From positions 1,890,001-1,922,000 of the forward strand of contig NZ_CP011041.1 of assembly GCF_002310835.1 (NCBI RefSeq): DNA of 32,000 nucleotides, read 5' to 3'. The notes below the pieces were generated by a model. It was not told the origin of the DNA and searched no databases. It saw only the letters and a list, made by a program, of their open reading frames with translations. Positions 9,208-17,639 of this stretch are shown here, piece by piece. The position numbers and the translations under genes are program-made. Source of the stretch: Pseudoalteromonas tetraodonis. GTDB taxonomy: Bacteria; Pseudomonadota; Gammaproteobacteria; Enterobacterales; Alteromonadaceae. Position 1 is the stretch's first letter; every line of letters starts with the position of its first letter.

Positions 9208-10632
9208 TTAAAAACCAAAAATACTGATATTAAAAAACTTGGTCGCAACGGTATTTACAAAAATAAGCAGTAAAATCGCTGGGATAAATGTTTGTAGTGA
9301 AAAGTTAACGTACTTTTCCATAAAGCTATTCGCATAATTAGGCGAACCTTGTCTTAGCTCTTCACTTAAACGAACCTTCTTCCATTTATACATTACAAAC
9401 AAACACACCATTAAACCATTGAGTGGTAAAATAGTGTCGTAGAACACGTCATATACAATATCAAAAAAGCTCTTGTTACCACTGCCGTAGCTAGTAAAGG
9501 TAGTTAGGCTGTCAATCATACCAAACGACATAATACACATAATGGTTAACACACCGGTTGATAAGGTAAGTATGCCTAGCGCTTTTTTACGGCTAATGCC
9601 TTTACGGTCGCTGAGTGTGGCAGTTGGAACTTCAACAATAGATACCAATGATGTGATCGCAGCAAAAAATACCAGCAAAAAGAAAATAAACGCCACGGCT
9701 GATGCGCCAAAGTAACCAATATCGTGTTGTAACGCTAATAATATTTTTGGTAAGTACACAAAAATCATTGAAACTGACGAGTCAGATAACTTTGTTGGAT
9801 CGGTATTTGGGTCAAAGCTAAAAATAGCCGGTAATACCATTAAGCCTGCAACAAAGGCAACTAATGAGTCGGTAATGGCAACCATTTTCGAACTGCCCAC
9901 AATGTCATCTTTTTTAGAAATGTAAGAGGCATACGTAATTAAAATACCCATACCTAACGACAATGAGAAAAACGCTTGGCTCAATGCGCCATTAAGAACA
10001 CTGGCATTCATTTTACTAAAATCAGGAATAATATAGTACTTCACACCCGCCATTGCGTTATCAAGGGTGAGTACGTAACCCACTAATATAATAAGCATGA
10101 CAAATAACGCCGGCATCAAAAATTTAGCCGCTTTTTCTATGCCATCTTTTACGCCACCGACCAATATTAAGTTAACAATCACCACAACCAGTGCCATATA
10201 GCCAAACACCGTGTAGCTATTAATAAACTCATCAAAGTGCCCAGGGTTTGCCAACTTATCCAAATTACCAAATGCGGTTTGGCTTAAGTAACCAAAAATC
10301 CACACCGTGATCACCATGTAAAAAACGGCAATCATAAATGGCGTTAACACGGCTAAAAAGCCAGCAAACTTCCATTTTTTGTCGTTATTGGCTAACGCCT
10401 TGTATGCACCAAGAGGATCTTTCTGTGCGTGGCGACCCATAGCCATTTCGGCCATCATGACGGGTAAACAAATGAATGCGACGAACAAAGCATAGACGAG
10501 CAAAAATGCACCACCGCCATTCTTAGTCGCAGAAACGGGAAAGCCTACTAAGTTACCAATGCCCACAGCAGAACCTGCCGCTGCTAATATAAATCCTAAG
10601 CGGGAGCTAAAGTGCTCTCTATTTTCACTCAT
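9208..10632 (-). CDS. Sodium-dependent transporter, NSS/SNF family
   Basis: The 474-aa polytopic protein has the N-terminal FSSRLGFILAAAGSAVGIGNLVGFP signature of neurotransmitter:sodium symporters. Confidence 0.9.
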   Translation of the reverse strand: MSENREHFSSRLGFILAAAGSAVGIGNLVGFPVSATKNGGGAFLLVYALFVAFICLPVMMAEMAMGRHAQKDPLGAYKALANNDKKWKFAGFLAVLTPFMIAVFYMVITVWIFGYLSQTAFGNLDKLANPGHFDEFINSYTVFGYMALVVVIVNLILVGGVKDGIEKAAKFLMPALFVMLIILVGYVLTLDNAMAGVKYYIIPDFSKMNASVLNGALSQAFFSLSLGMGILITYASYISKKDDIVGSSKMVAITDSLVAFVAGLMVLPAIFSFDPNTDPTKLSDSSVSMIFVYLPKILLALQHDIGYFGASAVAFIFFLLVFFAAITSLVSIVEVPTATLSDRKGISRKKALGILTLSTGVLTIMCIMSFGMIDSLTTFTSYGSGNKSFFDIVYDVFYDTILPLNGLMVCLFVMYKWKKVRLSEELRQGSPNYANSFMEKYVNFSLQTFIPAILLLIFVNTVATKFFNISIFGF

Positions 10633-10820
10633 GTAATAACCTTGTTATTATTTATCTTATCCAAGGGACTCTACCAGTGTTACGCAGCGCTTTTCAAGCA
10701 ATTACCGCGTAAAAAAACATTCTTGCTGTAAACATCGCCATAAACACTTTTAATTCACCATTTATCAACGCTATGCTAGTATGCAGTTAATTAAATTTAA
10801 CAAGTTTTGAGAGTATTTTT

Positions 10821-11123
10821 ATGTTGTATATGATTTATTCAACGGACGTCCAGAACAGCTTAGAGCACAGAAAAGCCGCTCGCCCTGCTCATTTAGCACG
10901 TTTACAAACGCTAGAAAACGAAGGTCGACTATTAACAGCCGGCCCCCTTCCAGCGGTTGATAGTGAAGACTCTCAAGATGCTGGCTTTACTGGCTCTTTA
11001 GTAATTGCTGAATTTAACTCTTTAGAAGATGCCAGAGAATGGGCCGCAGATGATCCTTATGTTGCGGGTGGCGTATATGAAAACTCAATCGTTAAACCAT
11101 TCAAAAAAGTGTTCCCTGCTTAA
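10821..11123 (+). CDS. yciI: YciI family protein
   Basis: The 100-aa ORF is near-collinear with E. coli YciI ([55 protein letters not shown]). Confidence 0.85.
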   Translation: MLYMIYSTDVQNSLEHRKAARPAHLARLQTLENEGRLLTAGPLPAVDSEDSQDAGFTGSLVIAEFNSLEDAREWAADDPYVAGGVYENSIVKPFKKVFPA

Positions 11124-11286
11124 CATTAACGTGAGTTCCCCTGTTTAACTGCAACCAGTAATTCAGGGTTTGTTCACTCATTTTTAATTAGACTTTGTCT
11201 TATAAAAATTTAAATACCCAATAGAGTACTTAAATTTTAGTGGCTTAGTTTTTTAGGCTAAGCAGGTATGTTCTAGGAGTTTCGTA

Positions 11287-11547
11287 ATGCGTGTATTATT
11301 AACACTCAATTTAATTGCTGTTTTTTGTTTGGCTAATGTTGCCCATGCAAATAATACTAACAGCACACCCGATAAAGTTGAGATAAGCAAAAAGAAAGCA
11401 GTAATACTTGCAAAACAAACTACAGACGGTACAACATTAAAAATTTCAGAAGAAACACAATTTTATACAGTACGAATTTTAAAAGCTGACGGCCACGTCG
11501 TCGATTTGAAGATAAACAAAAAAACTGGCGAAGTGAAAAAGGATTAA
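11287..11547 (+). CDS. Small secreted PepSY-like protein
   Basis: The 86-aa ORF has a signal peptide (…ANVAHA). Its C-terminal part (FYTVRILKADGHVVDLKINKKTGEV) resembles PepSY domains. It ends 3 nt before phoP. Confidence 0.6.
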   Translation: MRVLLTLNLIAVFCLANVAHANNTNSTPDKVEISKKKAVILAKQTTDGTTLKISEETQFYTVRILKADGHVVDLKINKKTGEVKKD

Positions 11548-11550
11548 CCA

Positions 11551-12225
11551 ATGCGAATTTTAGTAATAGAAGATGATTTACATTTGGCAGATAATCTGCG
11601 CAATGCATTAGAAAAAGAGCGTTACAGTGTTGATTTATGTCACGATGGCGAAGCGGGCCTTTTTCATATAACAGAATACCCTTTAGACATGGCAGTGGTT
11701 GATTTAGGCCTGCCTAAAATAGATGGCATAGAGCTTATAAACAAAGCCCGCGCCCAAGGGATCACTATCCCTATTTTAATTTTAACGGCGCGCGATCGCT
11801 GGCAAGACAAAGTTGAAGGCCTCGATGCGGGCGCTGACGACTACCTAACTAAGCCATTTCATGTTGAAGAACTCATTGCTCGCTGTAATGCGCTTATTCG
11901 TCGAAGTGCAGGTAAAGCAAACCCAGAAATGACAGCCGGCCCTATCAAAATTCATACGCGTTCACAACAAGTGTGGGTAAACGACAAAGAGCTAAGCTTA
12001 ACCGCATACGAATATAAAGTACTTGAATACTTAATGGTTAACCCGCAAAAAGTAATTTCAAAGTCTGAGTTAACAGAACATATTTATGACCAAGATTTCG
12101 ATCTTGATTCAAACGTCATTGAAGTGTTTGTATTGCGTTTACGTAAAAAGCTCGACCCTGACGGTGTGCTTAACCCAGTCGAAACACTACGTGGGCGTGG
12201 TTACAGGCTTAAAAGCCAGTGGTAG
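11551..12225 (+). CDS. phoP: OmpR-family response regulator, PhoP-like
   Basis: The 224-aa ORF is collinear with E. coli PhoP (VDLGLP..DG, PILILTAR..WQDKVEGL.AGADDY.TKPFH.EE, TAYEY, VRGRGY). Confidence 0.8.
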   Translation: MRILVIEDDLHLADNLRNALEKERYSVDLCHDGEAGLFHITEYPLDMAVVDLGLPKIDGIELINKARAQGITIPILILTARDRWQDKVEGLDAGADDYLTKPFHVEELIARCNALIRRSAGKANPEMTAGPIKIHTRSQQVWVNDKELSLTAYEYKVLEYLMVNPQKVISKSELTEHIYDQDFDLDSNVIEVFVLRLRKKLDPDGVLNPVETLRGRGYRLKSQW

Positions 12226-13556
12226 CACCGCAAATTTCGTTAAAAATAAGGCAAGGATTTATCCTTGTCTTTGTTTTATTAGTTGCCTTACCTATTTTGT
12301 TTTACTCCATAGGTAAGGCGTATTACGCGTCACTTGTTGATGCCACCGAAAAAAACCTCGAAGCGCACCTGTATTCACTCATCTCCGAGGTTGATTTTAC
12401 CGAGCGCGGTATTATCATGCCCAGCTCTATCTTAACGCCCGAACTCAATAACCTAAACTCAGACACCTACGCCATGATTTACCGTGACGATGTGCCTATT
12501 TGGCATTCTGAGTCGGCGGTTAACGTTAACTTTGTTCCCCAATATATAGAGCCCAAAGCCGGTGCTGCAGACTTTAGACGCGTGGTTTATAACAACACCG
12601 CCTATTGGCAGTTAAGCTTAACGGTCATTCTTAATAATATTGACCAATCAGAGCAAGCACGATTTATTTTATTAAAACGCAACGATGCCCTACTGCGTTT
12701 AATGGACGGGTTTAAACAAACCTTAGTCGATTGGATGTTTATAATGGGGATTGCTATAGCAGGGTTAATGGCTATTGGTTTTATTTGGAGTGCAAGGCCG
12801 CTGCAGCGCCTAGATAAAGAAATAAAAGCTATTGAATCAGGCGATATTCAAGAAATTAAAGGCTTATACCCCGTTGAACTACAAACAATAAAAGCCGACC
12901 TCAACCTATTGTTAGAGTCGCAGCAGCGCCAAAAAGAGCGCTACCGCGCCTCACTCAGCGATTTAGCACATGCACTTAAAACGCCCCTAGCTGTATTAAA
13001 ATCAAGCCCACTGGCCAACGATGCCGACGCACAAGAACAACTCGACCGAATTAATGTGATGATCGAGCACCAATTAAAACGTGCTGCTACTGGGGCTTCC
13101 GATACATGGAAAAAGCAAACCCCCATCAAACCGGTTATCGACTCTATCTTAAGTGCAATGGGTAAGGTTTATCGCGATAAAGACATCATATTTAATTGCA
13201 AAGTGAGTGATAAAGATTACTTTTTAGGCGATAAAACCGATTTAATGGAGTTATTAGGTAACTTAATAGATAATGCCTGCAAAGCCTGTCGCTCCCAAGT
13301 CAGTATTGACGTTTCACAAGCTAAAACGCTCAGCATTAGTATTTGTGATGACGGCCCGGGTATTCAACCAGATAAACGCGAGTCATTGCTTCAACGCGGT
13401 ACGCGCCTTGATACTTACGAGAGTGGCCATGGTGTTGGCATGGCGATTGTATCTGACTTGGTGAAGTCGTATCACGGGTTGTTAACTATTTCTCAGTCGC
13501 AAAGTTTGGGCGGCGCAAAATTTATTCTCGAGTTTAATTACCATGAAAAAAAATAA
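12219..13556 (+). CDS. phoQ: Sensor histidine kinase, PhoQ-like
   Basis: The 445-aa ORF has two TM segments flanking a roughly 135-aa periplasmic domain. The H-box LSDLAHALKTPLAVLKS matches E. coli PhoQ LTDLTHSLKTPLAVLQS. N-box NLIDNACKAC and G-box GHGVGMAI are present. The GTG start overlaps phoP by 7 nt. Confidence 0.8.
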   Translation: MVAPQISLKIRQGFILVFVLLVALPILFYSIGKAYYASLVDATEKNLEAHLYSLISEVDFTERGIIMPSSILTPELNNLNSDTYAMIYRDDVPIWHSESAVNVNFVPQYIEPKAGAADFRRVVYNNTAYWQLSLTVILNNIDQSEQARFILLKRNDALLRLMDGFKQTLVDWMFIMGIAIAGLMAIGFIWSARPLQRLDKEIKAIESGDIQEIKGLYPVELQTIKADLNLLLESQQRQKERYRASLSDLAHALKTPLAVLKSSPLANDADAQEQLDRINVMIEHQLKRAATGASDTWKKQTPIKPVIDSILSAMGKVYRDKDIIFNCKVSDKDYFLGDKTDLMELLGNLIDNACKACRSQVSIDVSQAKTLSISICDDGPGIQPDKRESLLQRGTRLDTYESGHGVGMAIVSDLVKSYHGLLTISQSQSLGGAKFILEFNYHEKK

Positions 13557-13956
13557 CTATATTCTTTGTTTTACTCTAGCTCTGTTATTTTCTTGGGCTG
13601 TTCCAAGCGTTGCAGCGCCGCTTGAATGCACACTTGAAAAAAACGCCCTACCCGTACAAATCAAAGCATATACACAATGTTTAGATGCCAAATTAAATAG
13701 AGTACAGCAAGAACAAGATAGCTGGATCCAAAAGCGTACCTTTGAACTATCTGCATTAGAAAGCGAAACCGGCAACACCCAAATTTTGTCATTATTTAAA
13801 CTAAGTATTAACGCTAAAGACAATTACATTCAAAGAAGTTGCCAATGGCGCTACATGCTAAAACAACCTAATGCACAACAAGCCGTTGTTACCTACAAAG
13901 AATGTGAAATAGCCATGACCGAGCAATTTATTCAGCAGCTTAAAACGGCTCTTTAA
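13543..13956 (+). CDS. Secreted four-Cys protein, DUF1311 / LprI (lysozyme-inhibitor)-like
   Basis: The 137-aa ORF has a signal peptide (…VPSVAA|P). The pattern C-x17-C..LN....Q..W...R ... C ... C..…L is typical of DUF1311. It overlaps the phoQ stop by 14 nt. Family assignment is from memory of the motif, not from a search. Confidence 0.55.
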   Translation: MKKNNYILCFTLALLFSWAVPSVAAPLECTLEKNALPVQIKAYTQCLDAKLNRVQQEQDSWIQKRTFELSALESETGNTQILSLFKLSINAKDNYIQRSCQWRYMLKQPNAQQAVVTYKECEIAMTEQFIQQLKTAL

Positions 13957-14021
13957 TTAGCTCATAGGTAAGCGATGTGTGCTGTGGCTTGGTAATTTAG
14001 AGTTCAGTTTATTAGTGTTTT

Positions 14022-14051
14022 AAAAAGTGCAGCCTCAAAGGCTGCATTTTT
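14022..14051. terminator. Bidirectional intrinsic terminator
   Basis: AAAAAGTGCAGCC-TCAAA-GGCTGCATTTTT lies between convergent genes. Confidence 0.6.
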
Positions 14052-14077
14052 GTTAGTTTTTATACTTTGTTATGTGA

Positions 14078-14428
14078 TTACTCTGACCATACCGCAAATT
14101 CATTTCCATTAGGGTCGCTAAAGTGAAATCGTCTACCACCGGGAAATGAAAATGTAGGCTTAATTATTTTGCCTCCAGCTTTTTCAATTTTATTTTGAGT
14201 CGCTTCAAGGTCATTACTGTATAACACAATTAACGGGCTTCCGTTTTTAGTAGAAACAACTAAATCAGATTTAAAGAAACCACCATCAACCCCTTGCGCG
14301 GTAAAACTACAATATTCTGGGCCATAATCTACAAATGACCAGCCAAACACCGTACTGAAGAAAGCCTTTGTAGCTGCAATATTTTGTGCAGGAATTTCAA
14401 TATAGTTAATTTTATTATTTTGAGTCAT
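14078..14428 (-). CDS. VOC (glyoxalase/bleomycin-resistance/dioxygenase) family protein
   Basis: The 116-aa ORF has the typical small VOC layout (INYIEIPA...AKAFF..VFGW...GG..F.F.DPNGNEFAVW). Confidence 0.8.
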   Translation of the reverse strand: MTQNNKINYIEIPAQNIAATKAFFSTVFGWSFVDYGPEYCSFTAQGVDGGFFKSDLVVSTKNGSPLIVLYSNDLEATQNKIEKAGGKIIKPTFSFPGGRRFHFSDPNGNEFAVWSE

Positions 14429-14632
14429 TTTAGTTTTTTACCCTTATTCTAGTTTGTATTATTTGCGACTTGAACTAGTAATAAATAAAGATAGCAGCAA
14501 AAGCATAAACAGCTGATAAAGTTTAATAAGAATGCGCTTAGACACTATTTATAATTTATACTGAATAAAACCCACTTAGAAAGCATTTGAAAGTACAAAA
14601 TTAAGGGCTGATTTAATATTAATTATCGTTAT

Positions 14633-15007
14633 TCATACGTTTCTTTTGTTTATTTTCACTAGATCGCACAACCATTCCGTTAAGGATATGAAAAAAAAGA
14701 ACATAAACAACCCGACGCACCAAGTTACAAAAACCCAAATTGACGGTTTGAGCTCATACCAGCCTTGAATATTAATCGTGGCAAAGTAAAACATCCCTAA
14801 CGAAATAAATGGCAGAATAAACAAAGAGTAAAAAGCTCCCGTAACAGCATGCAGTAATATTTTCTCACGAATACTTGAGCTATTAGATCCCAAATTCACA
14901 ATTCCAAAAACACATTGTGTAGCGATAAACAGGCAACAAACCTGTAAAAAGGTCCAGCCTAAAGCTGCCAGAATAGCAACTAACTGAATGTATATTCCCT
15001 CACTCAT
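14633..15007 (-). CDS. Hypothetical small membrane protein (about 4 TM)
   Basis: The 124-aa hydrophobic ORF has AGGA 5 nt upstream of its ATG. I recognise no family. It lies in AT-rich DNA. Confidence 0.45.
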   Translation of the reverse strand: MSEGIYIQLVAILAALGWTFLQVCCLFIATQCVFGIVNLGSNSSSIREKILLHAVTGAFYSLFILPFISLGMFYFATINIQGWYELKPSIWVFVTWCVGLFMFFFFISLTEWLCDLVKINKRNV

Positions 15008-15334
15008 CTTATCCTATTAACGAATACTGGCTTTAGCGAAACATGCATCAACTTTACTCTGTTGTTAATTGTTCTTCATAAAAGGATTATTTTCAGACAT
15101 AAACTCTATCAATCATTCTCACTGATAAATTAGTCCTGTCATTTTTATCTTTTAAAAAGTTTTATAGTTTAATTTTCTTGGTTAACTTTAGTGGCATCAA
15201 TGTCGTTTTAAGTTAACAGAACAAGTGCGGAAATTTAATTACTGCCAACCACACTATGTTTAAATATTGCCTTAGTCGTCTGAGACTTAAGTGAAATTAC
15301 TTCAGCTTCTGAAAAATTAGGAACGATCTTGCTA

Positions 15335-15580
15335 CTAATCTAATGATTTCTTCCTGAGCACCATACTTTCAACCATTGCGATGAGAACAAAAACAAACCC
15401 AGAATCCGATAAAAAATAAGTCGAGTTTTCAATACAGACTGCCACGTATACTTGCACCAATAATATTACAATATCGATCCTGATAGCCGTTGCTCTATTT
15501 CTTTTTAACTTAACTAAGATGAAGTAAAGATAACAACATCTAAAAAAAGATATAAACATAAAAAACAAAACTAATATCAC
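15335..15580 (-). CDS. Hypothetical small membrane protein (doubtful)
   Basis: The 81-aa hydrophobic ORF has a GTG start with GGAG 7 nt upstream. The DNA is very AT-rich, so the open frame could be a compositional artefact. Confidence 0.25.
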   Translation of the reverse strand: MILVLFFMFISFFRCCYLYFILVKLKRNRATAIRIDIVILLVQVYVAVCIENSTYFLSDSGFVFVLIAMVESMVLRKKSLD

Positions 15581-15820
15581 TCTTCATCTCCATTGAAACA
15601 GAACTACTTGTACTTAAATTTGATTTGCATCATAAACGATCATGGGGACGGTTGCTGTTTGTAATGTCTTGCCGCACTGCATAGAAAGATTAACAAAGAT
15701 TGTTTAAGTCTATAAAATATCAACACTTTTAATGGGTGTTTTCTATTTTTTGTTTTAAATTGGGTGTCTACATTATTTTTATTGAATAATAAGCTCATGG
15801 GCTAAAATCCGAGCGAAGCG

Positions 15821-15881
15821 AGTCAACCCACGTGTTAGCGTCCCAGCGACCAAATGGAGCCACAACAGCGTTTTGTTAGCT
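15821..15881 (-). repeat. attC-like (59-base-element-like) sequence immediately 3' of the VOC-like ORF
   Basis: The gene strand reads AGCTAAC-AAAAC-GCTGTTG...CGCTAAC-ACGTGG-GTTGACT, with RYYYAAC-like and GTTRRRY-like ends and a 7-6-7 right-hand arrangement. The inner arms CG(C)TGTT and AACACG pair with one unpaired base. The central roughly 27 nt pair poorly. No covariance-model search was done. Confidence 0.3.
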
Positions 15882-15884
15882 GCT
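15873..15884. repeat. Left copy of a perfect 12-bp inverted repeat (TTGTTAGCTGCT)
   Basis: It is the exact reverse complement of 16234-16245 and contains the ORF stop codon (TAA on the minus strand, 15878-15876). Confidence 0.9.
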
Positions 15885-16220
15885 CAGCTGCGTGATATGC
15901 AACAGTTCACCCACTGGCCCCCATAAATAAAAGATCTTACCCCAAGCTTCTTGTTGGATTGGGGTAATCTTTGTTTTGTGTTCGGATTTAGAGCATAACT
16001 CATATGCTTCGTAGATGTCTGAAACGCAGATTTGCAACATAAAATTTTTGGCAAAATCTTCATTGTAAAAGCGCTGCAAAAAGAAAAGACAATCACCGTT
16101 TTCAAAAAGTGTGAGATCGTCGGTTACGTACTCTGATTTAAATCCAATTTCCAAGTAGAAAGACTTTGAAATTTCGAAGTCCTTACTTGGGATAAATGTT
16201 TTTATATCTATTACATCCAT
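15876..16220 (-). CDS. VOC/glyoxalase-bleomycin-resistance-like small protein
   Basis: From the ATG at 16220 (GGAAAG upstream) the protein reads MDVIDIKTFIPSKDFEISKSFYLE.GF...FFLQ...LQICV.D...AY......I..QEAWG...YLWGPVGELLHI, a single VOC fold pattern. The track ORF starts 4 codons earlier at a TTG. Confidence 0.7.
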   Translation of the reverse strand: MDVIDIKTFIPSKDFEISKSFYLEIGFKSEYVTDDLTLFENGDCLFFLQRFYNEDFAKNFMLQICVSDIYEAYELCSKSEHKTKITPIQQEAWGKIFYLWGPVGELLHITQLSS

Positions 16221-16233
16221 GATTCTTTCCAAA

Positions 16234-16245
16234 AGCAGCTAACAA
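16234..16245. repeat. Right copy of a perfect 12-bp inverted repeat (AGCAGCTAACAA)
   Basis: It is the reverse complement of 15873-15884 and lies 14 nt upstream of the ATG of the VOC-like ORF on the gene strand. Confidence 0.9.
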
Positions 16246-16517
16246 TTTTATATTGCGCGACTCGCGTATATCTCTACCAGCGCTGCGCTTATTTTTTCTA
16301 CTACATATAGTTTTAACAAATTAGCTAACACATTGCTATCATTAAGTTTTATTCTTTTAAGTAGTGCTAATTAGCATACTATACGCGCGTCGCTCATTTT
16401 CCTGAGTATGAGTGCACACTAAAGCTTACTCACTCAGCCCATAAAACGTTTTGACAAATCTGCATAAAAACCACAAACTACCTACCAGTAGATTGATTTA
16501 GCTAAAGTGATTTTAAA

Positions 16518-17600
16518 ATGCATAAACCTGTGGTTATTATTGGTGGTGGCTTAGCGGGCTTATATGCCGCTTACAACCTAAAAAAGCGAAATATTCCGTT
16601 TTTATTATTAGAAGCCAAAGCCAATTTGGGTGGCCGAATTGCCTCTCACTTTTTGGCAACTAACAACATCATTGGCCATGATTTGGGCCCTACCTGGATA
16701 TTTCCGCACCAGCCTAATATTCAACAGTTAGTTGCTGCTTTAAACATCCCTGTGTTTGAGCAATACACCCAAGGCGATGTGTTGTATCAAGCATCGCATA
16801 CTGCCCCTGCCCAGCAAATTGCAGGGGCGGGTGAAATGCAGCTATTTAGAATACAAAACGGCATGACCCAGCTTATTAATGCGCTTTATCAGCAGCTTGA
16901 CCCAAACACCGTTAAATTAGAGCACGCTGTTAGCGAAGTAAAAAAGCTCTCCGATGGCTGGCATATAAGCGCTAATTACCAAGGGAGTACGCAGCACTTT
17001 ACTTGCGATCAGTTACTGTTTGCGTTACCCCCTAGAATGATCGGCCAGCATTTAACCCCGCATTTATGGGCTGATAATGTTTTAACTCAGCGTTTAACGT
17101 CGGTGCCGACGTGGATGGCTGGCCAAGCAAAATTTGTTGCCACCTTTGAGCACGCTTTTTGGCGAGATAAAAACTTATCTGGGCAATGTTTTAGCCGTGT
17201 TGGCCCGTTAGTAGAAATACATGATGCGTCAGCAAGTGATCATGCTCACCCTGCTCTATTTGGCTTTATTGGCGTGCCTTACTTACAGCGAAGTCAAGTA
17301 ACTCGCGAGCAATTAACCCAAGCCTGCCTTGATCAGCTTGGCTATTTTTATGGTGAGCAGGCTTATACTGCCACTGATTGCATTTTAAAAGATTGGGCTG
17401 AGGATGAATTTGTGGCCAACAAAGATGACCAACTAGGTGTATCGCAGCATCCTGAATTTAATTTTTCAGGGCTTAGCGAGCAACTCAAACAGTTAAAAGT
17501 GCATTTTGTGGGCAGTGAGTTTGCAAAGCAGGAGGCTGGCTATTTAGAGGGGGCTATAAACGCCGTAGATAGCGCCTTAGCTAATTTAATAAATACTTAA
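16518..17600 (+). CDS. FAD-dependent oxidoreductase, flavin amine-oxidase family
   Basis: The 360-aa ORF has the N-terminal dinucleotide fold VVIIGGGLAGLYAAYNL...LLEA...GGRI and the C-terminal FVGSEFA...GYLEGA motif typical of amine oxidases. Confidence 0.8.
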   Translation: MHKPVVIIGGGLAGLYAAYNLKKRNIPFLLLEAKANLGGRIASHFLATNNIIGHDLGPTWIFPHQPNIQQLVAALNIPVFEQYTQGDVLYQASHTAPAQQIAGAGEMQLFRIQNGMTQLINALYQQLDPNTVKLEHAVSEVKKLSDGWHISANYQGSTQHFTCDQLLFALPPRMIGQHLTPHLWADNVLTQRLTSVPTWMAGQAKFVATFEHAFWRDKNLSGQCFSRVGPLVEIHDASASDHAHPALFGFIGVPYLQRSQVTREQLTQACLDQLGYFYGEQAYTATDCILKDWAEDEFVANKDDQLGVSQHPEFNFSGLSEQLKQLKVHFVGSEFAKQEAGYLEGAINAVDSALANLINT

Positions 17601-17607
17601 TAATGTT

Positions 17608-17632
17608 AAAGGCGTGCTTAGGCACGCCTTTG
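17608..17632. terminator. Bidirectional intrinsic terminator
   Basis: AAAGGCGTGC-TTAG-GCACGCCTTT lies between convergent genes. Confidence 0.6.
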
Positions 17633-17639
17633 TAAGGTA

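Noticed and set aside
11124-11286. PhoP box (direct GTTTA repeats with 5-nt spacing) upstream of the PepSY-phoPQ operon
   Set aside because: TGTTTA (about 11141) and GGTTTG (about 11166) are present, but their spacing is about 25 nt rather than the 11-nt periodicity of a PhoP box.
14562-15217. Additional attC-like sites in the other islet spacers: the TGAATAA / TTATTCA pair at 14562-14568 and 14629-14635, and GTTAACTT / AAGTTAAC at 15181-15188 and 15210-15217
   Set aside because: Repeats of 7-8 bp in roughly 20-30% GC DNA are expected by chance. The second pair spans only about 39 nt, too short for an attC. I found no R'' matching the TTGACT that would open a next cassette, so a multi-cassette array is not supported.
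15873-16245. The 12-bp inverted repeat as an invertible (phase-variable) segment or a Xer/pdif module
   Set aside because: No invertase or recombinase gene is nearby. The repeats flank a whole ORF plus its RBS rather than a promoter. The repeat does not resemble the dif/pdif XerC-6 nt-XerD architecture.
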